This document shows positions 36,544-48,162 of a stretch of 64,000 nucleotides of DNA, one piece after another. The stretch's first letter is position 1, and each line of letters opens with the position of its first letter. The DNA is from Vairimorpha necatrix (lineage: Eukaryota), in the NCBI GenBank assembly GCA_036630325.1, contig CP142727.1, forward strand, positions 310,001-374,000, in the 5' to 3' direction. Below the pieces are notes generated by a model that had not been told where the DNA came from, did no database searches, and saw only the letters and a list, made by a program, of their open reading frames with translations. A program made the position numbers and the translations under genes.

Positions 36544-37401
36544 TTAACGTTTGCTTTTATTTTCTTTTACAATGTTTTCTATATTTCGTAAAAATAAAAA
36601 ACTTTGTTCTGCACCATTGTAATATCTTATAATATTCCTTCTTAATGGTCTAAGTCGAGCTAATATCCTCATCAAAGATAGTTCATCGATATCAGCCTCC
36701 TCTAATATACATTTTTCTGTATGATATAATATTGTAGGAAGTTTAATGTTATTAATAATTAATCTAATATATTTTTCATACAAGTGATAAAATCTAAGAA
36801 GATACAAATAATGTGATTTAACGGGGCATCGCATAGGAGCTACATAAATATATTCTAAAGTTTTTCTTGTCAAACCAAGTATAAATAAATAAAACTTAAT
36901 CTTATTTCTCGACAAATCCGCTTTTTTTATAAGTTTTCTCAGTGAAATAAAATATTTTACTGAATAACAGTGAAGATTATAAACCTTAGCATAGACTCTT
37001 CTCCTGTTTATTTTAAGTTCACTCAATATTTTATTATTTATATCGATAATGTCATATTTATTGGGGGTATTGTTCAATTCTATATTTATTATTCTGAGTT
37101 CTTTAAAAACTTCTATTGATTTACTTAATTCAGCAAGAAGTAAATAATGATCATCTTCTTTTCTAATCAAATGATTATCGACAACATCATTAAGTACGTC
37201 TAGTTCTTTGGGACTTAACGTACTTAAATTAAGTTTTAGATATTCAAGCTCTACGCCTTCCATTGCAATCCTATTATCGAGCACACCATCTTTTTGCAGT
37301 TCATGGTTGTTATTAGCGTCAATTGAATCGGAGATAATCGAACATAATATCTTTGTATTAATAAAGAAATATCGATAAATATTTTTCATGACTGAAAACA
37401 T
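36544..37401 (-). CDS. Putative secreted protein, family member 3
   Basis: VVDNHLIRKEDDHYLLLAEL, ILYHTEKCILEE; start set at aacccATG (MFSVMKN) to match paralogs. Confidence 0.8.
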   Translation of the reverse strand: MFSVMKNIYRYFFINTKILCSIISDSIDANNNHELQKDGVLDNRIAMEGVELEYLKLNLSTLSPKELDVLNDVVDNHLIRKEDDHYLLLAELSKSIEVFKELRIINIELNNTPNKYDIIDINNKILSELKINRRRVYAKVYNLHCYSVKYFISLRKLIKKADLSRNKIKFYLFILGLTRKTLEYIYVAPMRCPVKSHYLYLLRFYHLYEKYIRLIINNIKLPTILYHTEKCILEEADIDELSLMRILARLRPLRRNIIRYYNGAEQSFLFLRNIENIVKENKSKR

Positions 37402-37686
37402 GGGTTTATTACTAATATTTTTCATTAATATTTCATATTTTCATAGACTCAAATTGTTTTAAAATAGTTTTATCTCATTTTTTAATACTATTATCCTGAT
37501 TGTTATTTTATTTCTGACTTTTGACATTGTACGTTCCAACTTTAATCCTCAAATATGAAATAATCAAATAAGTTAATTTTTAATATAAAAGACTAATAAA
37601 GAAAGTTTTAAATGTACTAAATATATATGATATTTGTTTTTTTTTGTTCGTTTTATAGCACATTAATTTTTTTGAATATAAAATTA

Positions 37687-37717
<31 letters not shown>

Positions 37718-40700
37718 GCTTTTCGTTGCTTTTTACGCGCATCTATAGTAAATTTGCTCATGCAGTTGTTTTATATGTCATTTGAATTTAATTAAAGTTT
37801 CGTACTTTCTCATATCTTTATTTCGAATGTAAAATCTGAAAAATTTCAAAAATGATTGTATCATTATTTTTTTCTGAATAATTTATATGACTATCTTTGA
37901 AGTATAAATATGATGTATGATGCAAACATAAATAAGAATCAATTTTTGGAAAAGCTTTGTAAAAAAATATCCTAATATAATCAAATAAAAAAATCACACA
38001 TGGTTGATATTGTAACTTCTTCTGTAAAACATATCTGCATATATATTCAATACTGTTTTTTAAACAATTTTTATTGTAATAAATAAAAAGTCAGTCAAAA
38101 AGGTATAAAATAAATTTTAATACATGATTTTGTAACCCAATAATTAAATATACTTTAGGGTGTCTACATATTCTTACAACAAAACTATTTTATCGATTTT
38201 TTTTGTATTTAAACGCCTCTTGGCCCACAAACCTTCATTTCCGACTTTATAATTTAACCTAAGGTTATTTTTCGGGTTTTACATGGTAATAGTGGATGGT
38301 TATTTGCTTAAGGAGACAAATAATCTTTGACATTCTTATAATTACATGCTATATATATATATTAATATTTTTTTATCATTTCGTTTACTAATTTTAATGT
38401 TGGCTCGTGTTATTTTTTTCAATAAAGGTCTGATACAAATATCGGGCCTACCTAGGTTAATTATACTTCGGAGAAATATAGGCAAATTTGAACATTAAAG
38501 AATCGCAATTTATTTTAATACAACTTTTTACAAAAGACATATGAAATTATATATTCAATAAATGGTAAATAACAAAATTTACAGTAAATATGTATTAATT
38601 CCATTTTTTTTTACCTTTTTAGGTATGTTTATTCCATTGAGTTAAATGTACACATAATTATTAATGCGTATATGAATATAGTATTGACGATCAAGTTTGT
38701 AAAGTTCACTAAAAAACGCGGATACTTTTCTTATCACATGTGATTGTTTATTACTTGTGTATGGCGTTACATATTCGTTAAATATAAAGGAAGTTTACAG
38801 TGTTTGATCAAACAGCTATATAAGTATGGTATCTAAACTTTTAGAATAAAATTTTGTAAGAGTATTTGTTTAATATTCTTATGTTTATGATTCAAAATGT
38901 TTTTGTTTACCTACTGTTTATTTGCTGTGTTCTCTTTGAATTTATCAATGCTGCTTACAGACATTTTGCTTCATTTGCGACAACTGTCGACAATATACAT
39001 AAAGTATGCGAATAACGTTCAATCTTTATTTTTTTGCAAATATTTTTTTTAATTGCTTAGGTAAAATCGCAAAAACGAATTTAATTTTAACAAGTACGTT
39101 ATTTATGTGTTTAAGGTGATTGTTTAAAACATATCATAACTTATATACTATAAAGTGTAAAAAAAATATATTTTTGTCAAAAATTTTTCTTTAATTGCTT
39201 TTACTATTAATTTTCTCTATTTACACATAAAATTTAGGACCTACAGGCAGATAATTAAACATTGTTTTTCTAGCACATTCAATAATTTAAGTTTAATTAC
39301 ATTAAATCCTAATATTAGAACTCGTCATGTTCTTCTTTAGTATGTTTTACTTATCCATTAATTTGATTGAATCTCGAACGACATGTGCTAAATATTAATA
39401 TTTATTGAAAAAAAACTTGAAAAAAATAAAAATGAACATAAAACTGCTCCTAATTTAGTTCTAACCTAAAATTATTCGATGTTTTTTATCTTGTATTTTT
39501 AAAAGGGATTTATTAAAAGTTTATCTCATGTCTAATATTTTATCATCGTTTCCGATACTCAGTTAATTTTAAACAGTCACGATTCCACAATTGGGTAATA
39601 ATGTTATGAATTATTAAAGATAAGGTTTGAATTTTAAGCTAAAAATTTCAACTAATAGAGCCACAAATTCGTTTCTTTTTAATTCAGATAGAATAACAAA
39701 TTAATATTGATTTATTTTGTGATACTTGTAATGTTACATGAAGGTATTTAATAAAAATTCTTATAGCAATTATGAGGAATATATATCATTATCTTATGAT
39801 AAAAACATTAAAGTTCGCAAGGTTTTTTAAGCAGAGGGCACGATAAATCACATTCAAAATGCCGAAACTAGGTTATTTACCAAAAGAAATGTTTTGTAAG
39901 TGGTATTATGACTAAATTAGATTAAAAAATTGTAGCCTATAATAGCAGATCTATAAATCAGATGAAGATTTTTGATGAACAGATACAAAGAAATTTATTA
40001 ACAGTTTTTGCAAAAATATAGGCAAATGTGAAAGATTGTCAGTTGGTTAGGGAAAAGGTAAGGTTTTTGGCGAGATGTTGATTGAGCTGTATAAACAGGA
40101 AATTAACAGATATATAAATATCTAGATTTATCAACAATAAATATTTATATATATATTAGGTAGTAGCAAGGCCTTACTGAGGCATCACTTTGTATAGTCG
40201 GAAAGGCGTAAAAAAATATCTATTTTTATTTTAATTATAACCATGTCTAGGAATGATTTAAATTGAGTTTTTATAGTCTCATCTTCTCTAAAGTTCACAA
40301 ATTTACATGCATACTATATTATCAAGAGTAAATTGATATAATTAAGCTCAGATTTTTTTTGTCGGAAAAAAAATTTGCAAAAAAATTAACACTTGTTCTG
40401 CCCGACGAATAAATAGAATGGCGTCAAAGCAGTGCTAAAATTCTTATGGTGCCCAGCACAACACCTACCAGATTCGTTCTAATAATAACTTCGATTAATG
40501 AAGAAAAAAATTTGCGTTGAACAAAAAGTAATTATATTTTTTTTTATGTTCTGTCTCACCGCTACATATTATGCCATGCATTATTCCTCGGGGAAAGCAT
40601 TAATCACGTACAATTGATGTTTCGAGTTGTACATTTTAACTTTTTTTTAAAACATATTTTAATAAGAAAGGTAAATCATAAAAACTTCCAGATTTGGTAA

Positions 40701-40884
40701 ATTGATAAATCTTTATTAATTCTCATCTAAAAAGCTATTTAAATTATCTTATCTAAGTCAAAAAAGTATAAGATAAAGTTAATTTCTAATGCAATTAAAT
40801 AAAAATTTTTACTATTTTTTCAATAAAATAAAAAATTGTAGAAATCATTTAGTAAAAAACAGAATATAAATTCTTTATTTAATT

Positions 40885-41823
40885 TTAATAAGTTGGCAAA
40901 TTATTTATGGCTTCCTGTGATACAAAATCTGTGGAAACTATTTCATTTTTGAAATTTGTCAAATCTTTATAAGTATTTTTTATTGTTACTTCAGTTACAT
41001 TTGTGACATATTGTATGTCTTTCTGTACTTTCTTTTCTTCTGGTATCAAATTAGTGACCATGTAAATAATGGCGGCTGCTATCGAGTCGGGACTCTTACC
41101 GGCCAAGATACCCAATTCAGAAACACGCGAAGAAATAGAAAAAGCGAGTCTTTGGATTTTTATATTCAGTCTAAGATCAGAACAGAATCTTGCTACAATG
41201 TCTTTTGTAGACATGACAGTTAAATTTTCCACATGTGGACTTATTAATTTAAAACTTTTACCAATTTCTTTTTTTTGTACAGTTGTAATGAGACTGATTT
41301 CCTTGAAAGTACGAGGACAGCCTTCCAGCCTACAGGCTATGTAAATACAGGCGCCGACTACACCTTCGATATTTTTACCTTTAAGAAGTTTTTTATCGTC
41401 TACGATTTTAAAAATATGACAAGCTCTGTCGATCACAGTCTTCGTGATATTTGCTCTGTCGCAAAAAGCAGTTATTAAATTTATGCCATGTTTTAGAGCC
41501 CTTTCTGGGCCTCTCATGGCTGTCTTAAGTTGGATCTTCTGTAAGTTATAAGAAGATGTACCAGGGACAGATGAGATCATTGTGTCTAATTGTTCAGTGT
41601 CCAAAAATGGATTACTTACACTTCCAGTCCTACAAGGATCGGCTTTGTTACTGTCAGAGAAAGATCTCCATTCACTTGATTCGTCAATGATACGATTGCC
41701 TACGACACAACCACACCTACCACAAACATTAAAACCATTTCTATAGTCTTCTATAATATTCTGTGCTTCTCCACAGTCATTACATTTTTGTACATAAGAT
41801 TTAATTTTTATTGCTGAAGTCAT
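40885..41823 (-). CDS. SUA7: Transcription initiation factor TFIIB
   Basis: Zn ribbon CNDC...CGRCG, IDESSEWRSF, cyclin repeats ACIYIACR / GKSPDSIAAAIIY. Confidence 0.95.
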   Translation of the reverse strand: MTSAIKIKSYVQKCNDCGEAQNIIEDYRNGFNVCGRCGCVVGNRIIDESSEWRSFSDSNKADPCRTGSVSNPFLDTEQLDTMISSVPGTSSYNLQKIQLKTAMRGPERALKHGINLITAFCDRANITKTVIDRACHIFKIVDDKKLLKGKNIEGVVGACIYIACRLEGCPRTFKEISLITTVQKKEIGKSFKLISPHVENLTVMSTKDIVARFCSDLRLNIKIQRLAFSISSRVSELGILAGKSPDSIAAAIIYMVTNLIPEEKKVQKDIQYVTNVTEVTIKNTYKDLTNFKNEIVSTDFVSQEAINNLPTY

Positions 41824-42149
41824 TGTTTATTTTAGGGGGTACAATTTATGAAAATATTTGAAACATTTTGTCAGGGGAAGAAACAAATTAAAAAAATAAC
41901 TGAAAAATAAGATCAACTTTAAACCAATCAAAAATGCATAAATAAAAAAGGGGTTTTTTTAAAGGAGGCAGAGAAGAATGCCTTTTATTTGAAGATGAAC
42001 TATATTTTTTTGATAAATTTAAGATTTCTTAAATAGTTTTCTAAATCTCAAAATGGTTTAAGATTATATAATTTTGTTATGTTAAATTATTTTTCTTGTT
42101 TCATCTTTATGCAGTAAAAAAAAATTAATATTTTAAATTAGTAAATTAT

Positions 42150-42632
42150 TTATTTTCTACGGAATACCATACCTGCTCTAATATGTCTTCCATTAGATTT
42201 ACTTCTTTGACCATGGACTTTCAATCCACAGGCTACTCTGCATAATCTAACATGTCTCATCTTCTTTCCCTTTTCAAGCATCATTCTGTACTCGGCGTCC
42301 ATTCTTGTGCTTACTAAATGCACGTCATTTCCGTCTACTGGATTTCTTTTAAAATTGAAAAATGAAGTAGGAATTCCTACGCTTGTGGGGTCAGCAATGG
42401 CTTTCTGAATCTTTTCAAGCTCATCAGAATTCAAGTCACCTGCTCTTCTTAAGACATCAACTCCTACTCTTTTACAAATAGCATTAGATATCCTCTTTCC
42501 TACGCCAGTGATGGCACACAGAGCATGAGCTATCCTCTTGGTACCATCTACGTTTGTATTAAAAATACGAATAATATGCTGTAATTCCTGAGGATCACTT
42601 GTGTATGATCTTACTTCATTTTCAGCTGACAT
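42150..42632 (-). CDS. RPS18: 40S ribosomal protein S18 (uS13)
   Basis: [43 protein letters not shown]. Confidence 0.95.
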
Positions 42633-42685
42633 TTTTATGGGTAAAAAATTTGAATTTTAAATTTTTAAAAAAACTGCCCCTACAA

Positions 42686-42907
42686 ATGGCAAGTAAACTT
42701 AAAAAATCTTGGAAAGATGAAAAGAAAAAATCTAAGACTGCAATATTTTCATTAGAAAAACAGAAAGTCATGAAGCAGGAAAGATTACAAAAAGCCAAAA
42801 TATTAAGAGAGAAGATTAAAGGACTTAAAGAAAAGAAGAAGCAGTACTATTTAGATTTAGCAAGACAGAAAGCTGATAAATTTGAAGCCGATAAATTATT
42901 AAATTGA
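42686..42907 (+). CDS. Small basic coiled-coil protein, Cgr1-like (rRNA processing)
   Basis: gcccctacaaATG; KSWK...SLEK..MKQER...K.LKEKK pattern. Confidence 0.6.
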   Translation: MASKLKKSWKDEKKKSKTAIFSLEKQKVMKQERLQKAKILREKIKGLKEKKKQYYLDLARQKADKFEADKLLN

Positions 42908-42974
42908 ATTTAAACTTTAAATTACATATTTTATTATTTCGATTCTTTATAGTTAAAGTCTTAATTTATATTTA

Positions 42975-43160
42975 AAATGTGTTTTACAATTTCAACTTTT
43001 TTTAAATGAGTTACACAATTTCAACTTTTTTTTAAATGAGTTGTACAATTTCAACTTTTTTTTAAATGAGTTGTACAATTTCAACTTTTTTTTTAAATGT
43101 GTTTTACAATTTCAATGAATTTTTTAAAATGTGTTTTACAATTTCAACATTTTTTTAAAT
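42975..43160. repeat. About 6 x 30-bp tandem repeat between convergent genes
   Basis: Unit aaatgWgttNtacaatttcaacttttttt. Confidence 0.9.
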
Positions 43161-43172
43161 TTTTTTTATTTC

Positions 43173-43973
43173 TCAAATATATTCTTTAATTTCTTCTGTT
43201 ATAATTATCGTGTTATTTTTCATTATCAAATACAGAACATCTTCTTTTATCTCAAAATTACTTAACCTACCTTCATAATTCTCATTATAAATAATCTTAA
43301 GATTTAGATCAAACAATGAGAAGTTGTTCTCTTCATCTAATGTCACAATATGATCTTTCCAAAATCTCGCTGTTTTTATAATGAAAGATACTTCGGTGTA
43401 TAAAAAATTTATCCCTGACTTATCACAAGCAGCCAATTTATTATTAAAAAACGATATACAAATTTTATTCCCTGATACATCAAAAGATAAAATGTTCTCG
43501 TCCATTTTGAGTATCTCTACTAATTTATTATCTTCCAAGCAACAGACGCTGCCGTCTTCATATGCCAAATATAACTTGTCATCTTGAATAGCGCCTACAC
43601 ATACGCCTCTTTTGACGGGATAAACTTGCGACAGAACTAAGTTTCTATAAATTTGGATTTCTTTATCACTGATGACAATAAACTTATCATTGAGGAAAAG
43701 TACAAAATCAAGAGACTCTTTCTTACACACCTCTTTAGAGAGGTCTTCTTTGCTAATATCAAGCGAATAAATTTTATCCTTTGTGTAATACAAAAATTTA
43801 TCATCTTTGATATATCCGCCTAAAGGATTGTGTTCTAATTTTATTTCTTTATAAAAAGGTTCTTTGATTACACAGCATTTGTTACAAAAATATGCTGTAA
43901 GATTTTTATCTTTAAAAATACCGTTAACTGTCAAATTTATCTTAAAAATCATATAGGGGACAAAATTGTTCAT
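43173..43973 (-). CDS. WD40 / beta-propeller-like protein
   Basis: Repeated beta-strand pattern (LYLAYEDGSV, ILSFDVSGNKICISFFNNKL). Confidence 0.7.
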   Translation of the reverse strand: MNNFVPYMIFKINLTVNGIFKDKNLTAYFCNKCCVIKEPFYKEIKLEHNPLGGYIKDDKFLYYTKDKIYSLDISKEDLSKEVCKKESLDFVLFLNDKFIVISDKEIQIYRNLVLSQVYPVKRGVCVGAIQDDKLYLAYEDGSVCCLEDNKLVEILKMDENILSFDVSGNKICISFFNNKLAACDKSGINFLYTEVSFIIKTARFWKDHIVTLDEENNFSLFDLNLKIIYNENYEGRLSNFEIKEDVLYLIMKNNTIIITEEIKEYI

Positions 43974-44036
43974 AAGTTTATAGCATCAAGGTAAAAAGCT
44001 TAATATGAGTAATTAGTATTTTATTTTTAGACATTG

Positions 44037-44888
44037 TCATATAGAAGATTTATTTTTTTTTGTTTTTTTAAACTTTTTGTTTTTTATTCTTTTATATCTA
44101 TCTTTACACTGTTTAACACTTCGTTTAGTCATTTCACTGATCTCTTCCCAATTATTCCCATAAAACTTCATCAAAATTTCATCATCTTCTTTACTCCATT
44201 TCCCTTTTTTTATTTTAGGGTCTAATGAGTCAACCCACCTCTCTCTACACTGCGAATCCGTTCTGTGTGGAACAAACTCGGAAATATACTTCCATCCCTT
44301 GTAATAATATTTATTAACTGCTTCGATCAAACAAGCATCTTCCTCTTTGGTCCATTTTCCTTTATTGCCATCTAACCTTTTATACCTTTGTAAACATTGA
44401 CTTCTCGATCTAGAAGGTATGAAAGTTGATATCAATGACCAATTTTTATTATATTTAGCTACTAAATCTACTAATTGTTTGTCTTCCTCTTTTGTCCATG
44501 ATGCTGGTTCTCGTTTATTTTCTAACTTCCAATATCTTTTAATACATTGAATAGGATGAATATTTAAAGTAAAGCCGATAGACAACCAAGATGTATTTTG
44601 TTCTACTAAATCTAATAATAAAGTGTCTTTTTGTTTAGTCCACGAAGATCCTTGTTTTCGAAAATATTTTGTAATAATTTCGTTGTAGCATGTGTGCTTG
44701 TCTATATTAATTTTATTTGATAATGAAATCCAAAACGGATCATTCGGATTTTCAATAAATTTTTGGTCTATGTTTTCCGGGTATTTGTATTTTCTCTTAT
44801 TGTGGTATAAATAATGAAGTGCGGGGTTTTTCTGTTTAACGTTCAAAATAAAAGTAAGGGGGATTCTTTTATGTAAATTAATTTTCAT
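44037..44888 (-). CDS. Multi-repeat Myb DNA-binding protein
   Basis: WTKQKD, WTKEEDKQL...RSRSQCLQRY, KGKWTKEED...RTDSQCRERW, KGKWSKEDD. Confidence 0.9.
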   Translation of the reverse strand: MKINLHKRIPLTFILNVKQKNPALHYLYHNKRKYKYPENIDQKFIENPNDPFWISLSNKINIDKHTCYNEIITKYFRKQGSSWTKQKDTLLLDLVEQNTSWLSIGFTLNIHPIQCIKRYWKLENKREPASWTKEEDKQLVDLVAKYNKNWSLISTFIPSRSRSQCLQRYKRLDGNKGKWTKEEDACLIEAVNKYYYKGWKYISEFVPHRTDSQCRERWVDSLDPKIKKGKWSKEDDEILMKFYGNNWEEISEMTKRSVKQCKDRYKRIKNKKFKKTKKNKSSI

Positions 44889-45011
44889 AATTTAAATATT
44901 TTACATTTTTAAGTTATTAAAAACTACAATATTGTTTTAATGACATTTTAATAAATTGCCCGTTTTTAATATAATAACTGACATTTTTTATTAAAAGTTT
45001 TGCCCCTTTTA

Positions 45012-46028
45012 ATGAGAGACTTAAACTTTAATACACAAATCTCTTTATCAATTTTAACCAAAAAAACTATAGAAATTCCTTTTACTAATAAAGAAAACAA
45101 TCTGAGTTTTGTTAAACTTATTTGTAAATTAACAAGAGGCTCAAAATATTCTTTAAAATCAAATAATCTTCATTTCGTACCAGGGAGATTAGTAGGCGGA
45201 ACGTACGAATACAAATGTACAGACGAAATGTTTAATTACATTCACAATCTACTAATAATCTTACCATTTAGTGATACAAAAACGACAATAAAGTTTACAG
45301 GCATGACAGATAAAAATCATTGTATCGATATAATTCGTATCGCATATTTTAAACTATTAAAAATTTTTAATATTCCAGATCTTGAACTAGAAGTAAAAAA
45401 AAGAGGCTTTTATAGTCATGATAAAGCAGAAATAGACACATATGGCGGAGAAGTACATTTTACATGTGGGATTATTAAAGAAATAAAAAATATTGACATT
45501 ATAAACACAGAATGTTTAGAAAAAACCAGAGCTTTATTAATTAGTGCCCGATTAAATTCCACTTATGTACATGATATGTCAACAAAACTAATTGATTTAT
45601 TAGAAGATTACAGTTTAAAAATTTTTACAAACATTTATAATAGAAATAACTCAGGACCATATGTTGGTTATCAGTGTACAGTGTTTTGTGAATCAAAACA
45701 AGGAATATTTTATAGTACTGAAGATGGAGGTATAAAAAAACCAGAAGATGTTTCAAATGAGGCCACTAATAATTTGTTAAAAAGTGTTAATAGAGGAGGA
45801 ATATTTGATTATAAGCTTAATAATATACTTTTCATATATTTGGCTTTGTCTAGTAGTGACATTAGTAGAATAAGAATTTCGAAACCCGATAAACAAAATT
45901 TTGAGATATTGGAAATATTAAAAAAATTTACAAATTTCCGATATCAAATAAAAAAAGATGAAGATGGATATCTTATGATTTCATCGGGGATTGGATATAT
46001 AAATTATAATTTAAAATTGAACTCATAA
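45012..46028 (+). CDS. RCL1: RNA 3'-terminal phosphate cyclase-like protein
   Basis: FVPGRLVGG, ELEVKKRGF...GGEVHF, SGPYVGY, PEDV; lacks an obvious RtcA catalytic His motif. Confidence 0.8.
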   Translation: MRDLNFNTQISLSILTKKTIEIPFTNKENNLSFVKLICKLTRGSKYSLKSNNLHFVPGRLVGGTYEYKCTDEMFNYIHNLLIILPFSDTKTTIKFTGMTDKNHCIDIIRIAYFKLLKIFNIPDLELEVKKRGFYSHDKAEIDTYGGEVHFTCGIIKEIKNIDIINTECLEKTRALLISARLNSTYVHDMSTKLIDLLEDYSLKIFTNIYNRNNSGPYVGYQCTVFCESKQGIFYSTEDGGIKKPEDVSNEATNNLLKSVNRGGIFDYKLNNILFIYLALSSSDISRIRISKPDKQNFEILEILKKFTNFRYQIKKDEDGYLMISSGIGYINYNLKLNS

Positions 46029-46144
46029 ATAAATAGATAAATTTATATTTTATAAGTCACATTAATTTTATAATTGATTGTCAAATAACCTAATAATGCT
46101 CATAATAATATGTGTTTTTTCAAATATATTTAAATATTTACACT

Positions 46145-46762
46145 TTATTTTTTGATATATTTTTGAATTGTCTCAATAAATTTTTTCTTATCTGATACCT
46201 TAAAGTACGATGATCCTATAATTACAAAATCAAAATCTTTCACATCTTCTATAGTGTCCAAATTTATCCCTCCATCAACTCCAACTTCTATTTTTGCCCT
46301 ATCAATATTTTTAATTTTTTTAACACACTCTTTTATGAATTTCTGATTACCAAATCCTGGATACACTGTCATAATCAATATTTTACTTATAATATCGTCC
46401 ATACAAACATCTTCCACTGTTGTATCTGGAGAAATAGCCAAGCCTATTTTTTTATTTTTATTTTTTAAAAATTTTAATGTGTCTGATAAATTTTTTATTT
46501 CAAAATGTACAAAGACAGTATCGACTTTTTGAAGATTAATAAGGTCAAGTATTGTAATAGGGGATGCTACCATTAAATGTAGGTCGAAAATGAAATCATA
46601 TTCCAATACTTTATTTATTATTGATGGGCCGAAAGATATATTAGGGACAAATGATGTATCAAGAATATCAAGATGAAGATGAGAAATGTTATTAGATTTT
46701 AATTCTTTCAAAGTATGGTTCAGATTTAGAAGATCACAGTCTAAAATGCTAATATATATCAT
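46145..46762 (-). CDS. RPE1: Ribulose-phosphate 3-epimerase
   Basis: HLDILDTSFVPNISFG, DLHLMV, MTVYPGFGNQ, VDGGIN. Confidence 0.95.
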   Translation of the reverse strand: MIYISILDCDLLNLNHTLKELKSNNISHLHLDILDTSFVPNISFGPSIINKVLEYDFIFDLHLMVASPITILDLINLQKVDTVFVHFEIKNLSDTLKFLKNKNKKIGLAISPDTTVEDVCMDDIISKILIMTVYPGFGNQKFIKECVKKIKNIDRAKIEVGVDGGINLDTIEDVKDFDFVIIGSSYFKVSDKKKFIETIQKYIKK

Positions 46763-47052
46763 TTACAATACTAGGGTGTTAGTTTTAATATGACATGTTT
46801 CATTTGTCACATTGAAAATTCAGAAACCTCTTTTATAAAAACTTGGCTTTGTCAAAATAACATGTAAAAATGTGTATTCCATTTAAATTTTTTTTTTTGA
46901 TGGCTGTTACAAGATAAACATGTTTTAGCGTATACAAATAAGAATTTTAATAAAATAAATCGAATAAGCGCATTATATGTCTTTAATATTTGTTACTTTT
47001 ATTTTTATATGTTTCACTGGAAATATATTAATTAAAAAAATAATAAATAAAC

Positions 47053-47562
47053 ATGAACAAAGAACAAAGTTATCTTAGAATATTTATCATTTTACTAATT
47101 CTATGGTGTGGTTTCCTAGTGAAACATTACCTTTTCCCCAATTCGATGTCTGATAAGTCCATTGGCCAGTCTGTGATACAAAGCGTGTCTCCGAAAGTAG
47201 GTGAGATAGGACTAATCCACAACAAGAAGTTATCAAACAAGGAAGTCAAAGAAAGACTTGGTAGATCAACTTGGACTCTTTTACATACCATGGCCGCCGT
47301 ATACCCCGCATTCCCCACTGTACAACATAAAAGAGACACACTACAGTTCATTTATCTTCTTTCCTCGCTTTTTCCTTGCGCAGAGTGCGCAGGCCATTTC
47401 CAGAAATTGTTAAGTCTCAATCCTCCTCAAGTTTCTTCACATGATAATTTTGTTCAATGGCTCTGTAAAGCTCACAATATAGTCAACAAGAGATTAAATA
47501 AGCCGATACAAGATTGTACTAAAGTAGAAGGAGTTTGGAGCTGCGGATGTGAAGCCGAATAA
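47053..47562 (+). CDS. Erv1/Alr-family FAD sulfhydryl oxidase with N-terminal TM (Erv2-like)
   Basis: LGRSTWTLLHT, PCAECAGHF, WLCKAHNIVNKRLNKP, C-terminal CGC. Confidence 0.92.
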   Translation: MNKEQSYLRIFIILLILWCGFLVKHYLFPNSMSDKSIGQSVIQSVSPKVGEIGLIHNKKLSNKEVKERLGRSTWTLLHTMAAVYPAFPTVQHKRDTLQFIYLLSSLFPCAECAGHFQKLLSLNPPQVSSHDNFVQWLCKAHNIVNKRLNKPIQDCTKVEGVWSCGCEAE

Positions 47563-47609
47563 ATTTTTAGAAATTTTTATAATTTTTTATTATTTTTTGC
47601 CCTACAAAA

Positions 47610-48162
47610 ATGTAAGTGAAAATTTCTTAATTTTAGGGAATCTGAAAAAAAAATCAACAAGAGCGAAAAAGCACGTTCAATGGCAGCCAAAGTTTTAAAT
47701 TGTGGTAAAAACAAGATTTGGTTAGATCCATCTGGTAAAGAGCAGATTAACCAAGTTAGTACTAGGGAACAAATCCGTCAGCTTATTGATGACAATGTAA
47801 TCATCAAGAAATTAGACAAATATAATTCCAAAGGAAGAAGTCGAATTTACAAGGAAGCAGTTGCTAAAGGAAGACACATGGGCTTAGGAAAGAGACTTGG
47901 TACTGCGAATGCTAGACTCAATAAGAAGACTTTATGGATTAAGAAGATCAGAGTTATGAGGAAAGAATTAAAAGACATGAAAGCTGAAGGGAAAATTAAT
48001 GCAGAAGAATATCAATTATTTAGGAAGAGAGCGAAGGGAAACTTATTTAAAAATAGAGTGACCATGAAGGAGCACATTGCTAAGAAACAAGCAGCTGAAC
48101 TTAGAATTAAAGAATTAGAAGAACAAGCTAAAGCTTTAAAGATGAAGAAGAACAGTAATTAA
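47610..48162 (+). CDS. RPL19: 60S ribosomal protein L19 (eL19); exons 47610-47611 and 47637-48162
   Basis: [41 protein letters not shown]; splicing restores ATG in frame. Confidence 0.93.
47612..47636 (+). other. 25-nt spliceosomal intron splitting the start codon (AT/G)
   Basis: GTAAGT...cttaat.tttAG; removal gives ATG GAA TCT... in frame with RPL19. Confidence 0.88.

Noticed and set aside
41960-41990. gcagagaagaatgcc as the U6 ACAGAGA box
   Set aside because: Lacks the exact ACAGAGA, the AGC triad context and the ISL
42975-43160. 30-bp repeat as CRISPR or functional array
   Set aside because: Simple head-to-tail minisatellite with no spacers
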